Source of the DNA: Sandaracinaceae bacterium
Lineage (GTDB): Bacteria; Myxococcota_A; Polyangia; Polyangiales; Sandaracinaceae
DNA length: 23,688 nt
NCBI GenBank assembly: GCA_044220955.1
Contig: JBGAQA010000100.1
Span: 1 to 23,688, forward strand
Reading direction: 5' to 3'
Shown: piece after piece, positions 7,787 to 17,545 of the stretch
How the letters are laid out: each line of letters begins with the position of its first letter
How positions within the stretch are numbered: the first letter of the stretch is position 1
Translations under genes and position numbers: made by a program
The notes under the pieces: generated by a model
Databases searched by the model: none
Told to the model about the DNA's origin: nothing
What the model saw: the letters and a program-made list of their open reading frames with translations, nothing else

Positions 7787-10700
7787 TCAGGGCTCCCACA
7801 CGAGATCCGCGCCCCAGCTCGTGGGCGGCACGTACGTCCCGCTGAGCACGCCGTTGAACGGGAGCTGCAGCTCGATGCTCGCCCCGCCGCCGACGCCGCC
7901 CGAGCCGCCGCCCAGCTGCTGCTGTTGCTGCGTGCTCGTGCTGCCGAAGAAGCCCTCGAGGTACGCGTCGAGCACGACCTCGCGCAGGAAGTCCGGGATG
8001 ATCCAGTCCGCGTTGAAGCCGACGCGGACGCCGACGCTCCCGAGGCCACCCGTCTCGATGGCGACGTTCGGGACGAAGTCGCCGCCGAACTGCTGCTGCA
8101 GGCCCAGGGTCAGGATGCCGGCCGTGAGCCCCGCGACGAAATTCGCCGCCTGGTCGCCGGCCTGCTGCGCGCTCTGCGCGTCCTGCGGCCGGCTCGTACG
8201 GCCGCTGACGAGGAGCGCCAGGATCTCCCCGGTGTCGCTCGTCTCGGTGGACGAGAAGTCGACCGCGAGGCTCGAGAGGTGGCCGCTGACGGTGATCGTG
8301 ATGGTCGCGCCGCGCCGACCCGGGAGCGCGTACACCGCGACGATGGAGATGTCGGGATCCATCTCCGGCGACGTGATGTCGAACTGGATCGCGCCGTGCT
8401 GCACCGTGAAGCGCTTGCCGAGCACCTCGAACGTGCCGTTCGTGATCTCGGCCAGGCCTCCGATGAACAGGTTGGGATCGTCGTACGTGACGTCGAGGTG
8501 CGAGGTCACGCTCGCCTCGAAGTCGTTGCGCGAGACCGTGAGCCCGGGAGCGTCCACCCGGATGTGATACGGAAAGCGCGTGCGCGCGATGTCCGCGATC
8601 TCCGGCGCGTCCTCGCCGACGATGAGGATGTCGCGGCGCCGATCGAGCGACTGGACGGCGCCGGCGATCGAGGGCGGGAGCCCGATCTCGAGCTCGTCCG
8701 TGCGGACCTGGATCTGGACGCCGTCTTCCTCGATGGAGGCATCCGCGTGGGCGATCCCCGTGAGCGACGCGAGCGTCGCGCCCTCGCGCCGCACCGGGAA
8801 GCTGTCCGTGTCGATCACGAACGACGCGTGCGCGGGCGAGAGCCCCTCGAGCTCGATCGCGCCGGTCACCCGCGTCGTCCCGTCCCCGTCGTAGACGACG
8901 AGCGGACGGTCGTCGGGCAAGACGACGCGCCCCGGCTCCATCCGCAGCACGCCCTCGATCCCGTGCAGGTGCTGGCCGACGCTCGCGATGCGCACGTGGC
9001 CGTCGCGCAGATCGAGCCCCCCCGAGAGCACCGCCGTGTCGAAGGGCCCGTCGGCGTAGATCGTCCCGTTCGCGACGATGTCCGCGTCGAGCGTGCCGGG
9101 CACGAACACGACGAGCGGCGCGAGGTGCGCGTTCTGGAAGTCCGCCCAGAGGAAGAGCGGGTTCTCCCAGGCGACGTGCGGAGCGGAGAGGCGCCCCTCG
9201 AATCCCAGGGGGATGCCGAGCACCAGCGCGACCTCGCCGTCCTCCGCGACGAGCGCGTGCCGATCGGCGGACAGGCGCGCGATGGAAGGGCACTGGGCCA
9301 AGGACGTGCGCGCCCGCGCCTCTTCGGAGACGAGCGTGCAGATCGACGCCCGCGCATCGTCCCCCTGCCCCTCGGTCGCGAAGGAGAACGCCGCGTGCAC
9401 GAGCTCACCGCGCAGCATCCCGTCCTCGGGATCGCGCACGTGGAGGTTGGCGATGTCGAGCGTGCCGTCGAGCGCGGGCTCGTCCGTGCCGAGCGTGACG
9501 ACGAGGTCGCCGTTCGCCGTGCCCAGCGCGTAGGGACAGGTCCAGGGCAGGCTCTCGAGGGGTAGCTCGCGCACGTGCACGTCGAGGCCCGTCGGCGGCA
9601 GCTGCGCGTACGCGGCGGCGAGCCACTCGTGGACGTGCGTGGGCACCTCCGCCGAGGCGCGCAGCACGTCGCGGCCGTCGAGGAAGCCGTCGAGGCGGAC
9701 ATGCGTCATCTCCCCGTCGGTGAGGGCGTGGATCTGGAGGTTCGGCCGGAGATCGGCCGCGCACGGTTCGCTCGTCGCGGGCTCGTCCCATCGCACGACG
9801 GCCTCGGCGCTCCCCGACGCGGTTCGGCCGTCGCTCATGAGCGTCACGCTGCCTCCCACGACGATGCCGCGCGGGAGCACCTTGCCGAGTGGCCGCGGCC
9901 ACGCGTCCAGCCGGCGCGGCTCGACCCGCGCGGCGAACCACCAGGGCGCGTCCGCCAGCCGCGCCGACCACCCGGCGAGATCCGAGGGAGGATCGACGAT
10001 CGAGAGGTGCGTCCCAGCCTCGGCGAGGAGCAGCTCGCCGAGAGGGTCGGCGACCCAGACGCGCTCGATCCGCAGCGCGTCGGCGAGGTACGACAGCTGC
10101 ACCTTCGCGCGGATCGGCGTCCAGCCCTCGCGCCCGAAGTTGTCGAGGATCACGACCGCGCGCGGGACGTCGATGTCGGCGGCCGGGCCGCTCAGCACGA
10201 CGACCGCGGTGATGCGACCGACGAGCTCGAGATCGACCACGCTCTGACCGAAGAAGGGCACGAGGAAAGCGACGTTCGCGCGATCGACGTCGATCTCGAG
10301 GCCGTCGAAGCGTGCCTCCTCGAAGAACCGGTCCGGATCGGTGAGCACGTCGAAGGGCGCGCGGATCGGACCTTCCACGTGTACCCCGCCGCGCGCGCCG
10401 AGGTCTCCGTCGAGCGAGACGCTCGTGGTGCCCGCCGCGTAGTGCAGCTCGTAGTGCGTGATCGCCAGGCCCCGTTGCCCGTCGAAGCTCGCGTCGTGCA
10501 CGTTGCCGCTCACCTCGAGATCGGGATCGGCGAGGCGTCCGCGAAGCGTCCCGTCGGCGTCCAGGCGGCCGGTCAGGCGCGCGAAGGCGGGCGGCAGCAA
10601 GGGCGCGATGGTCGCGAGATCGAACTCGCGCAGGTGGATGAACAGATCCGAGTCGCCCGTGGGCGCGAGCACTCCGCCGACGGACACCTCCGCGCCCTCG

Positions 10701-12514
10701 GGGCTGCGGAGATCCAGATCCTCGATCTCGATCCGGCTGCCGTGGACGGTCACGCGCGGGTGCGTGCCGGGCGCCGCCGTGTAGTCCCCGAGCCCCACGT
10801 CCACCGTCGTCGAGTCGAGCGCGACGTCGATCGTGCCGTCGCGGCCGCGCGTGAGGGTCGCGTCCACCGACGCGGCGCGGATGTCGTGGCCCCCCGAGGA
10901 GCGGATCTGGAGGACCAGCGGGCGCGCTCCGCCGCCGTGGCCGCCGATGGTCGCGTGGCCGAGCGCGACACCCGAGACGCTGACGCCCTCGCCCGTGAGG
11001 CCGACCGAGAGCTCGGGGAGAGCATCGTCCGGGTCGGCGCGCGCCCACACACGCCCGCGGAGCGACTGTGCGCGGAGGGGCCCGTCGCGGAATCCTCGCG
11101 CATCGAGCGTGGCGTCGATCGTCAGGCTCGTCGCCGCAGGGCCGGAGTCGATGGCGACCTGCGCGCGCACGGCTCCGTGCACGCCGGGCGCGAGGCGCGC
11201 CACGTTCGGATCGGCGCCGATGTCGACGACGTCGAGGTCGGCGTTCAGGTCGAGCGCGCCGTCGAACCCGACGCGGCCGCTCACGTCCACCCGGCCCGCG
11301 AGGTGGTGCGCGTCCACCTGCTCGATCAGGAGCGCGTCCCGGGTGACCGCAGCGCGCGCGTCGAACCCCGGGACGGCCCAGCCGTCGACGGTGAACGCGT
11401 CGGACGAGAGCGTGACGAGGGCGCGGGTCGGGTCGGTGGGGTCGTCGACGAGCGCCACCGTCCCGCTGCCGGCGATGCGCACCTCCGGAGCCACGGGGAT
11501 GAGCGTGCGGAGGTCGAGCCCGTCGGTACGCAGCGTGAACGACATGTGATCGTCCGTCGGGAGCGCGCCGGTCACGACCACGTCGCCTGCTTCCGTCGCG
11601 AGCGCCGCCGAGAGGCGGAGCGCCTCGGCCGGTCCCACGAGCTCCCCCCAGCCGCGAGCACAGCCCTCGAAGGCGTCGAGCCCCGGAAAACCCATCGAGC
11701 GCAGCGTCGCGGCGCAGACGGGGTCGGCGTGCACCACGATGGAGATGCGCGGCGAGCCGGCAACGCCCCAGCCCGGCGGGCGGTCGACGCGGACGTCCGC
11801 CGTCGCGCGCGCCTCGCCGCGATGCACGGCGAGGTACGCGGTGAGCCCCTCGTTCCAATCCGTCGAGAGGTGCACCACGGCGTTCTCGATCTCCGTGATC
11901 CCCGGATACGGCCCGATCATGTGACCGCTCGCCCGGTACGCATCGACGGTGACGACGTCGTCCACCTCGATGCGGAGCACGGTGTCGAGGCCGTCGACGT
12001 CGAGCCCGGGGTAGCGCGGGACGTCGCCGTGCGCGTGCACGTTCGTGAGGCGGAGATCGCCGATCACCAGGTGCAAGGGCTCGCCTCCGGGCGGCCCTGG
12101 ATGCGCCGGCTCGAACGCCCGGATGAAGGACATCTCGAGCCCGTCGTCGCCGACGACGTAGAGGGTGAGATCCGCGTCGTCGATGCGAGCGGACCCGACC
12201 CGGATCGTCCCATCCTGCCAGAGTGCGCCGAAGTCGAAGCTCGCCGCCAGCGTCGGCGCGCTGATCACGGTGCGGCCCTCGGCGTCGACGAGGCGCACGC
12301 CGCGCGCGCGGATCCCGTCCATCGACACGTGGTCGAGCGCGTCGATCTCGAGATCGCCGCGCAGCGCATCGCTCGCGAGCGCGCACACGAGGTCCCTCAG
12401 CTGCGCTCGCGTCTCGGGGAGCTGCACGTGGTACGCGACGCTCACGAGCAGCGAGGCGAGGATCGCGAGGGACCACCCGATCCCGCGCAGCACGCCGAGG
12501 GCGACCTTCTTCAT
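7787..12514 (-). CDS. tamB: Translocation/assembly module TamB-like protein (AsmA-like beta-taco, DUF490-type C-terminus), 1575 aa
   Basis: N-terminal anchor MKKVALGVLRGIGWSLAILASLLVSV; long beta-strand-rich body; C-terminal GTFEVLGKRFTVQHGAIQF...DPDISIVA...EILALLVSGR...GADLVWEP. ATG overlaps the upstream Omp85 stop (TGATG). Confidence 0.85.
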   Translation of the reverse strand: MKKVALGVLRGIGWSLAILASLLVSVAYHVQLPETRAQLRDLVCALASDALRGDLEIDALDHVSMDGIRARGVRLVDAEGRTVISAPTLAASFDFGALWQDGTIRVGSARIDDADLTLYVVGDDGLEMSFIRAFEPAHPGPPGGEPLHLVIGDLRLTNVHAHGDVPRYPGLDVDGLDTVLRIEVDDVVTVDAYRASGHMIGPYPGITEIENAVVHLSTDWNEGLTAYLAVHRGEARATADVRVDRPPGWGVAGSPRISIVVHADPVCAATLRSMGFPGLDAFEGCARGWGELVGPAEALRLSAALATEAGDVVVTGALPTDDHMSFTLRTDGLDLRTLIPVAPEVRIAGSGTVALVDDPTDPTRALVTLSSDAFTVDGWAVPGFDARAAVTRDALLIEQVDAHHLAGRVDVSGRVGFDGALDLNADLDVVDIGADPNVARLAPGVHGAVRAQVAIDSGPAATSLTIDATLDARGFRDGPLRAQSLRGRVWARADPDDALPELSVGLTGEGVSVSGVALGHATIGGHGGGARPLVLQIRSSGGHDIRAASVDATLTRGRDGTIDVALDSTTVDVGLGDYTAAPGTHPRVTVHGSRIEIEDLDLRSPEGAEVSVGGVLAPTGDSDLFIHLREFDLATIAPLLPPAFARLTGRLDADGTLRGRLADPDLEVSGNVHDASFDGQRGLAITHYELHYAAGTTSVSLDGDLGARGGVHVEGPIRAPFDVLTDPDRFFEEARFDGLEIDVDRANVAFLVPFFGQSVVDLELVGRITAVVVLSGPAADIDVPRAVVILDNFGREGWTPIRAKVQLSYLADALRIERVWVADPLGELLLAEAGTHLSIVDPPSDLAGWSARLADAPWWFAARVEPRRLDAWPRPLGKVLPRGIVVGGSVTLMSDGRTASGSAEAVVRWDEPATSEPCAADLRPNLQIHALTDGEMTHVRLDGFLDGRDVLRASAEVPTHVHEWLAAAYAQLPPTGLDVHVRELPLESLPWTCPYALGTANGDLVVTLGTDEPALDGTLDIANLHVRDPEDGMLRGELVHAAFSFATEGQGDDARASICTLVSEEARARTSLAQCPSIARLSADRHALVAEDGEVALVLGIPLGFEGRLSAPHVAWENPLFLWADFQNAHLAPLVVFVPGTLDADIVANGTIYADGPFDTAVLSGGLDLRDGHVRIASVGQHLHGIEGVLRMEPGRVVLPDDRPLVVYDGDGTTRVTGAIELEGLSPAHASFVIDTDSFPVRREGATLASLTGIAHADASIEEDGVQIQVRTDELEIGLPPSIAGAVQSLDRRRDILIVGEDAPEIADIARTRFPYHIRVDAPGLTVSRNDFEASVTSHLDVTYDDPNLFIGGLAEITNGTFEVLGKRFTVQHGAIQFDITSPEMDPDISIVAVYALPGRRGATITITVSGHLSSLAVDFSSTETSDTGEILALLVSGRTSRPQDAQSAQQAGDQAANFVAGLTAGILTLGLQQQFGGDFVPNVAIETGGLGSVGVRVGFNADWIIPDFLREVVLDAYLEGFFGSTSTQQQQQLGGGSGGVGGGASIELQLPFNGVLSGTYVPPTSWGADLVWEP

Positions 12515-14952
12515 CAGAAGGCCTCCCCGATCGTGAGGTGGATCGCGCCGGGGATCTGCACGAACCCGAGGTTGATGTCCGAGGTGGGGCGGCAGCCCGT
12601 CTGCGCGCCGCTCTGGCACTGGACCGGCCGCGTGTCGGCGCCGAACGCGATCAACAGATCGGGGCGGAAGCCCCAGTCGAAGCGAATGGTCCCCACGACG
12701 GTGCGCAGGCGGAGGCCGAAGCCGGGCGAGATCTGCGGGATGTCGAAGCGGATCTCCCGTCGCCGCGTGACGTCGCCGGCGTCGGCGAAGAGCACGAGAC
12801 CGATGTCGGGCGTGATCGGGATGCGCAGCTCGAGCGAGGCCTCCCAGCGGCGGATGCCGCCGCTGATCAGGACCGGCGCGTGCACCGCCTCGCTTCCGTC
12901 GGGCAGCGGGCGCGACTCGATCGCTCGCCGCTCGATGTCACCGAGGTAGCCCGCGGGATAGCCCCGGTTCGAGACCGCGCCGCCGCCGACGAGCTGCTCG
13001 GAGAAGGGGCCGAGGAGCGCGAGGTCGTACACGTTGTCGGGATCGAGCCCGTACGCGCCGAGCACCTCGGTCACGCCGATGGCGAAGCGGGCCGCGAGCA
13101 CGATCCCGAGACCGAGAGGGACGTAGCCGCGCGCATCGCCGGTGACGCGCAGGTAGTCCCACGACGAGATCCCGCCGAACCCGCCTCCCTGGAAGTCGAC
13201 CCCGAAGTAGGCGCCGCTCGTGGGCGAGCGCGAGTCGTCGCGCAGATCGAGGTAGCTCGTGGCCTGCAGGATGAGGGCCTGGGTGCGCTCGCGCTGCGAC
13301 TGGACGCGGACGGCCTGGTCCTGGTCCGGGAAGAAGAAGTTCCCGCGCACGGCGCCCGACAGATAGAGGTGGCCGTCGAGGAACGTGCGCTCGAGCCCGA
13401 GCCTTCCGTCGAGCTCGTGGCGGAAGAAGTTCACGATCGGGGCGGGGCCGTAGTCGTGCTGGATCGACGCGAAGAGCACGGTCCGCGGCTCGATGAACCC
13501 CGGCCAGCGGAAGCCGAGGACGACCTGGTTGCCAGGGCGCGCGTCGCCTCCGGGGAACTGCTCGGTGAAGATGATGCGCGGGCGCTCCTCGAGGCGCGCA
13601 CGGAGCATCTGCCCGAAGAGGTTGCGGTCCTCGAGCGCGAGCAGGCCATGGAAGTCCCACTGGTTGAGCGACTGGGTGTTCTGCGTGGTCGCGAGCGAGC
13701 CGCCGCCACCGAACTGGAGCGTGTTGCCGACCTGGATGCCGACGCCGACGCCGAGCCGCTGCAGGCGCCCGGGCGCGACGCGGATCTCGAGATCGACCGC
13801 GCGATGCCCCGGCGGAGGTGGGTGATCGGGCGCGACGCAGAGCGTGGGCTCGCTGGCGCTCGTGCTCGCGCGCTGGGCGTCGCTCGCCGGCTCGTCGTCG
13901 TCCTCGCCCTCGCCCTCCGTCTCGCTCGGGTCGACGATGGCGTCGGGGTTCGGCACGCCGGAGACGTCGCGGGTGATCTGCGCGCCGCTCTCGTCCGTGG
14001 ACTCCTCGTGCGTGACGCGCGTGTCTTCGGGGTGGTGGTGCCGGATCTCGACCGACGAGAACGTCCCGAGCGCGTAGATCGCGCGCTGTGCCTCCTCGAG
14101 CGAGGCGAGGGAGAATTGCGCGCCGGGCTGGATGTACGTGGCCCCCACGATCGGCGCCGGCGGCAGCGGTCCGTTCCCGACGACGCAGACCGTGCCGACG
14201 ACGCCGGGCTCCCCGATCTCCACGTTGAACGCCACGTAGGCCTCGTGGCGCGCGGCATCGACCTTCACCTCGCCGCGCACGACGGCGTCGACGTAGGACG
14301 CGTTGGCCAGCGTGCGCAGCAGCGCCCGGCGCGTCTCCTCGTAGAGCGCCTCGTCGAAGATGTCGCCGCGGCTCAGGCGCCGCGAGTGACGCAGCTGGTC
14401 GTGGAGCACCTCGCCCACGCCGTCGAGCCCGTGGAGCTCGACGCGCTGCACGCGCACGGGCTCGCCTTCCTCCACGGTGATGGTCGCGCGCACCTCGCAC
14501 GAGCCCGTGCCGCTTCCGCACTCGCCCCCGCTCGTCGCCGTGTCGGCCGACGTCAGGGCGCCCTCCGGCTCGACCGCGGTGGAGACGACGCGTCCCTCGT
14601 AGTACCCGCGCGCGCGCAGCCAGCGCACGACGCGCGCCTCGTCGCGCTCCCAGACGCTGGGGTCGAAGAGCGGCCAGTCGGTCCAGGGCCAGGACCAGAG
14701 GTCGAGGCGCAGGCGGCTCCCGTCGAAGGGGCCCGCGCCGCAGTCCGGCGTCGACGTGGCGCCGAAGTCGAAGCCGAACTGCGAGCGACGGCGCGTGCCC
14801 AGGCAGGCCTCCGCGGCCGAGTGGTCGAGGTGGGTGAGCCCCTCCACGCGGACCTCCGAGACGCCGTAGCGGCGGGCCGGGATGGTGGCACAGCCGGGCG
14901 CTGCGCAGAGCGCCGCCAGGAGCGCCGCCGGGACGAGGCCCGCTCGCCTCAC
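12514..14952 (-). CDS. tamA: Omp85 (BamA/TamA family) outer-membrane protein, probably lipidated, 812 aa
   Basis: GTG 14952 overlaps the HEAT-gene stop (GTGA); signal ending AAPG-C; POTRA-like segments (LRARGYYEGRV, VEEGEPVRVQRVELHG, ALGTFSSVEI); barrel motifs GGAVSNRGY, FADAG, GFGLR, IRFDWG; terminal GEAF; lies upstream of tamB. Confidence 0.88.
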   Translation of the reverse strand: MRRAGLVPAALLAALCAAPGCATIPARRYGVSEVRVEGLTHLDHSAAEACLGTRRRSQFGFDFGATSTPDCGAGPFDGSRLRLDLWSWPWTDWPLFDPSVWERDEARVVRWLRARGYYEGRVVSTAVEPEGALTSADTATSGGECGSGTGSCEVRATITVEEGEPVRVQRVELHGLDGVGEVLHDQLRHSRRLSRGDIFDEALYEETRRALLRTLANASYVDAVVRGEVKVDAARHEAYVAFNVEIGEPGVVGTVCVVGNGPLPPAPIVGATYIQPGAQFSLASLEEAQRAIYALGTFSSVEIRHHHPEDTRVTHEESTDESGAQITRDVSGVPNPDAIVDPSETEGEGEDDDEPASDAQRASTSASEPTLCVAPDHPPPPGHRAVDLEIRVAPGRLQRLGVGVGIQVGNTLQFGGGGSLATTQNTQSLNQWDFHGLLALEDRNLFGQMLRARLEERPRIIFTEQFPGGDARPGNQVVLGFRWPGFIEPRTVLFASIQHDYGPAPIVNFFRHELDGRLGLERTFLDGHLYLSGAVRGNFFFPDQDQAVRVQSQRERTQALILQATSYLDLRDDSRSPTSGAYFGVDFQGGGFGGISSWDYLRVTGDARGYVPLGLGIVLAARFAIGVTEVLGAYGLDPDNVYDLALLGPFSEQLVGGGAVSNRGYPAGYLGDIERRAIESRPLPDGSEAVHAPVLISGGIRRWEASLELRIPITPDIGLVLFADAGDVTRRREIRFDIPQISPGFGLRLRTVVGTIRFDWGFRPDLLIAFGADTRPVQCQSGAQTGCRPTSDINLGFVQIPGAIHLTIGEAF

Positions 14953-17456
14953 GGTACGAGCACGGCGCTCTCCGGCGCGTCGAGGGAGACCGACCCGACC
15001 GGCGCGCCCGCCAGGTGCACGCGCGCGCGCGCGTCCGTGTAGGTCACGAGCGCGCTGCCGTCCGCGAGCCGGACCGCGACGAGGCGCCCTGGCATGGGGC
15101 GCCCGTTCGCGTCGACCGCGATCAGATCGAGGTCGTCGGTCTCGGTGCCCAGCGCGGGCATCGAGCAGGCGCGCGCCAGCGCCGGCTGCAGCGGGTCCGC
15201 TCCGCAGGCGGCGAGGAGGGCGTCGACGCGCGCGGCGTCGAGCCCCTCGCGCGCGGCGAAGGCCCATCGCGCGGCGGCCGAGCGCACGAGCGGCGGTGCT
15301 CCCTCCCCGAGCCAGTCGAGCGCCGTCGTTCCTCCGTCGAGCCGCGCGAGCCCGAGGCGCGCGGCCGCGACGGCGACGTTCGCCCGAACGTGGGGATCGT
15401 GCGACGCGGCGAGCGTCGCGAGCGCGCCGGCGGCCGAGCGCGCGACGCCGCGCCGCGCCATCCGCGCGAGGGCGAACGCGGCCCCCGCGCTCGCCGGGAA
15501 CCGAAGCCCGGCGGCACGTGCGGCGATCGCCTCGGACTCGCTCGCGCCACCGATCTCGGCGAGGGTGGCGTACGCGGCGAGCACCACCTCCGGATCCTGC
15601 GCATCGAGCTGCGCGAGGCCGAAGGCGCGGGCTTGGTCGAGGTCCGTGCCGGCGAGCGCCCGGAGCGCCCGCGCCGTCCGCGCCGGCCCACCCGCGATCG
15701 TCAGGGCCTCTCGCGCGAGAGCGGCGTCGCCGCTCGACGCGACGGCGATGGCCGCGGCGTCGGCGAGCTCGGGATCCTCGGCGTCGAGCGAAAGGGCGAT
15801 CGAGGCGCGGACCACCTCGCGCGCGCTTCCCTCCGGCAGCGCGCGCAGCGTCGGACCGAGCGCGAGGAGGATCGCCTGCCGGTCCCTCGGGGCGTCGCTC
15901 GTCAGCTGCGCGGCGAGGTCGCGCGCGACGGTCTCGTCCACGTCGTCGTCGCTCGCGCGCGCTGCGAGCACCTCGGCGGCGCGCGTCCGGATCTCCGCGT
16001 CCGGGTCCCCCAAGAGAGGCGCGACGCGTGAGATCGCAACGCCGCCCCTTCGCCCGCGCAGCGCCCGGAGCGCCGCGATCCGCGCGCCGCGCGCGCCCTC
16101 GTCGATCCAGCGCGCGAGCCACTCCGACGCGCGCTCCGAGACCACGGCGCCCGCGACGGTCACGGCGCGTGCCTGCTCGCTCTCGTCGAGCCGTCCCATC
16201 GCGAGGGTGAGCGGATCGAGGACGCGCCCGTCGAGCGAGCGCACGGCGGCGAGCCCCTCGAGACCGGCGAGCGCCGCGGCCCGCGTCGAGGCCGCGTCGC
16301 TGGCGAGTCCGTCGAGGACCGGCACGAGCGCCTCCTCCGCGCCCGTGCGTCCGAGCGCCTCCAGCACCGGCGCGCCGGCCCCCGAGCGGAGCGCGCCGAG
16401 CAGCGCGCCCTCGAGACCGGCCGTGGACACGTGCGCTGCGAGGCGCGAGGCGCTCGCCGCGACGCGCGCGACGGGATCGGCACCGGGCGCGGTCTCGATC
16501 GCCCGCGCGAGCGCCCGGACGACCTCGGCGCGCGAGGCCTCGCTCTGCAGCATGCGCGCCTCGAGCGCATCCTCGGCGCTCCGCGCGACGGAGGGCCTCG
16601 CGAGCGCGCTCACGATCGCGTCCAGCGCCGCGTCACCCGGCGCGCGCGCCAGCGCGGCAAGCGCCGCGCGCCCCTCGCGGTCCTCGTCGAGGCTCGCCCG
16701 CACGAGGGCCGGCACCGCCACGACGCTCGGCGCGCGAGTGAGCGCGCGCATCGCGGCCAGACGAACCTCGACGACGTCGTCGTCGAGCGCTGCGGAAGCT
16801 GCCGCTCCCGCCCGGGGGTCGCCGAGAGCGCCGAGCGCATCGAGGGCCGTCGCGCGCACCTCCGGCGCCTCGTCGCGGACCCGCGCCAGCAGCGCCGTGC
16901 TCGCGGCGCCGCGCTCCCCTGCCTCCGCCGCGACCGCACCCAGCCCCAGCGCCGCCCGCTCGCGCACGATCGGATCGGCGTCGCCGAGCGCGGCGACCAG
17001 CGCATGCACCGCGGCGGCACCGCCGAGCGCACCGAGGCCCTGGGCCGCGGCACGTCGCACCTGCGGGCGGGCATCGCCCAGGACGCGGGCGAGCGCCGGC
17101 ACGTCGGCGTCCGATCCGACGCGGCCCAGCGCGCGGGCGGCCGTCGCGCGGACCTCCGCGTCGGTGGAGCCGAGCCACTCGCTCAAGGGCGCCGCGCAGG
17201 CGGTGAGCGCGCGTGACTCGCACGCGAGCGCCGCCTCGAAGCGCACGTCCTCGGACGCGTCGGAGAGCGCGGCGACGATGGCCGCGTCGACCTCTGGCCC
17301 CAAGAGCGCGACGAGGCCCTGGATCGCTTCCACGCGGCGCGCCTCGTCGCCGTCCGCGAGCTGCCGCAGCCAGCGCGAGCGGGATCCTTCCCACTCGAGC
17401 CCGGCGAGGAGCACGAACAGGGCGACGCTCGCGTAGACGCCGGCCACCGGACGCAC
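14949..17456 (-). CDS. Exported or membrane-anchored HEAT-repeat protein with small C-terminal beta-sandwich
   Basis: N-terminal hydrophobic helix; many HEAT/PBS repeats (LSDASEDVRFEAALA, LGDARPQVRRAAAQGLG, LGDADPIVRERAALGLG); C-terminal VDANGRPMPGRLVAVRLADG...YTDARARV. Confidence 0.85.
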   Translation of the reverse strand: MRPVAGVYASVALFVLLAGLEWEGSRSRWLRQLADGDEARRVEAIQGLVALLGPEVDAAIVAALSDASEDVRFEAALACESRALTACAAPLSEWLGSTDAEVRATAARALGRVGSDADVPALARVLGDARPQVRRAAAQGLGALGGAAAVHALVAALGDADPIVRERAALGLGAVAAEAGERGAASTALLARVRDEAPEVRATALDALGALGDPRAGAAASAALDDDVVEVRLAAMRALTRAPSVVAVPALVRASLDEDREGRAALAALARAPGDAALDAIVSALARPSVARSAEDALEARMLQSEASRAEVVRALARAIETAPGADPVARVAASASRLAAHVSTAGLEGALLGALRSGAGAPVLEALGRTGAEEALVPVLDGLASDAASTRAAALAGLEGLAAVRSLDGRVLDPLTLAMGRLDESEQARAVTVAGAVVSERASEWLARWIDEGARGARIAALRALRGRRGGVAISRVAPLLGDPDAEIRTRAAEVLAARASDDDVDETVARDLAAQLTSDAPRDRQAILLALGPTLRALPEGSAREVVRASIALSLDAEDPELADAAAIAVASSGDAALAREALTIAGGPARTARALRALAGTDLDQARAFGLAQLDAQDPEVVLAAYATLAEIGGASESEAIAARAAGLRFPASAGAAFALARMARRGVARSAAGALATLAASHDPHVRANVAVAAARLGLARLDGGTTALDWLGEGAPPLVRSAAARWAFAAREGLDAARVDALLAACGADPLQPALARACSMPALGTETDDLDLIAVDANGRPMPGRLVAVRLADGSALVTYTDARARVHLAGAPVGSVSLDAPESAVLVP

Positions 17457-17462
17457 GAGCGC

Positions 17463-17468
17463 ACGTTA
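17463..17468 (-). promoter_or_regulatory. Putative -10 TAACGT for the HEAT-tamA-tamB operon (leaderless)
   Basis: On the minus strand: TAACGT, 6 nt, then GTG 17456; no SD. Confidence 0.5.
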
Positions 17469-17510
17469 GCCGACGCCCGGCCCGCGCCCAAGGAGCGAAT
17501 GGAACGCGAG

Positions 17511-17539
17511 TTGATCGCAGCGACGGCCCCGAGCACGCT
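17511..17539 (+). promoter_or_regulatory. Putative sigma70-type promoter TTGATC-N17-CACGCT for the hydrolase (leaderless)
   Basis: -35 at 17511-17516, 17-nt spacer, -10 at 17534-17539, then 6 nt to ATG 17546. Confidence 0.45.
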
Positions 17540-17545
17540 CGCGCG

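Noticed and set aside
14953..16122. ORF-track extension of the Omp85 gene to 16122
   Set aside because: It overlaps the HEAT gene out of frame; the signal peptide begins at GTG 14952.
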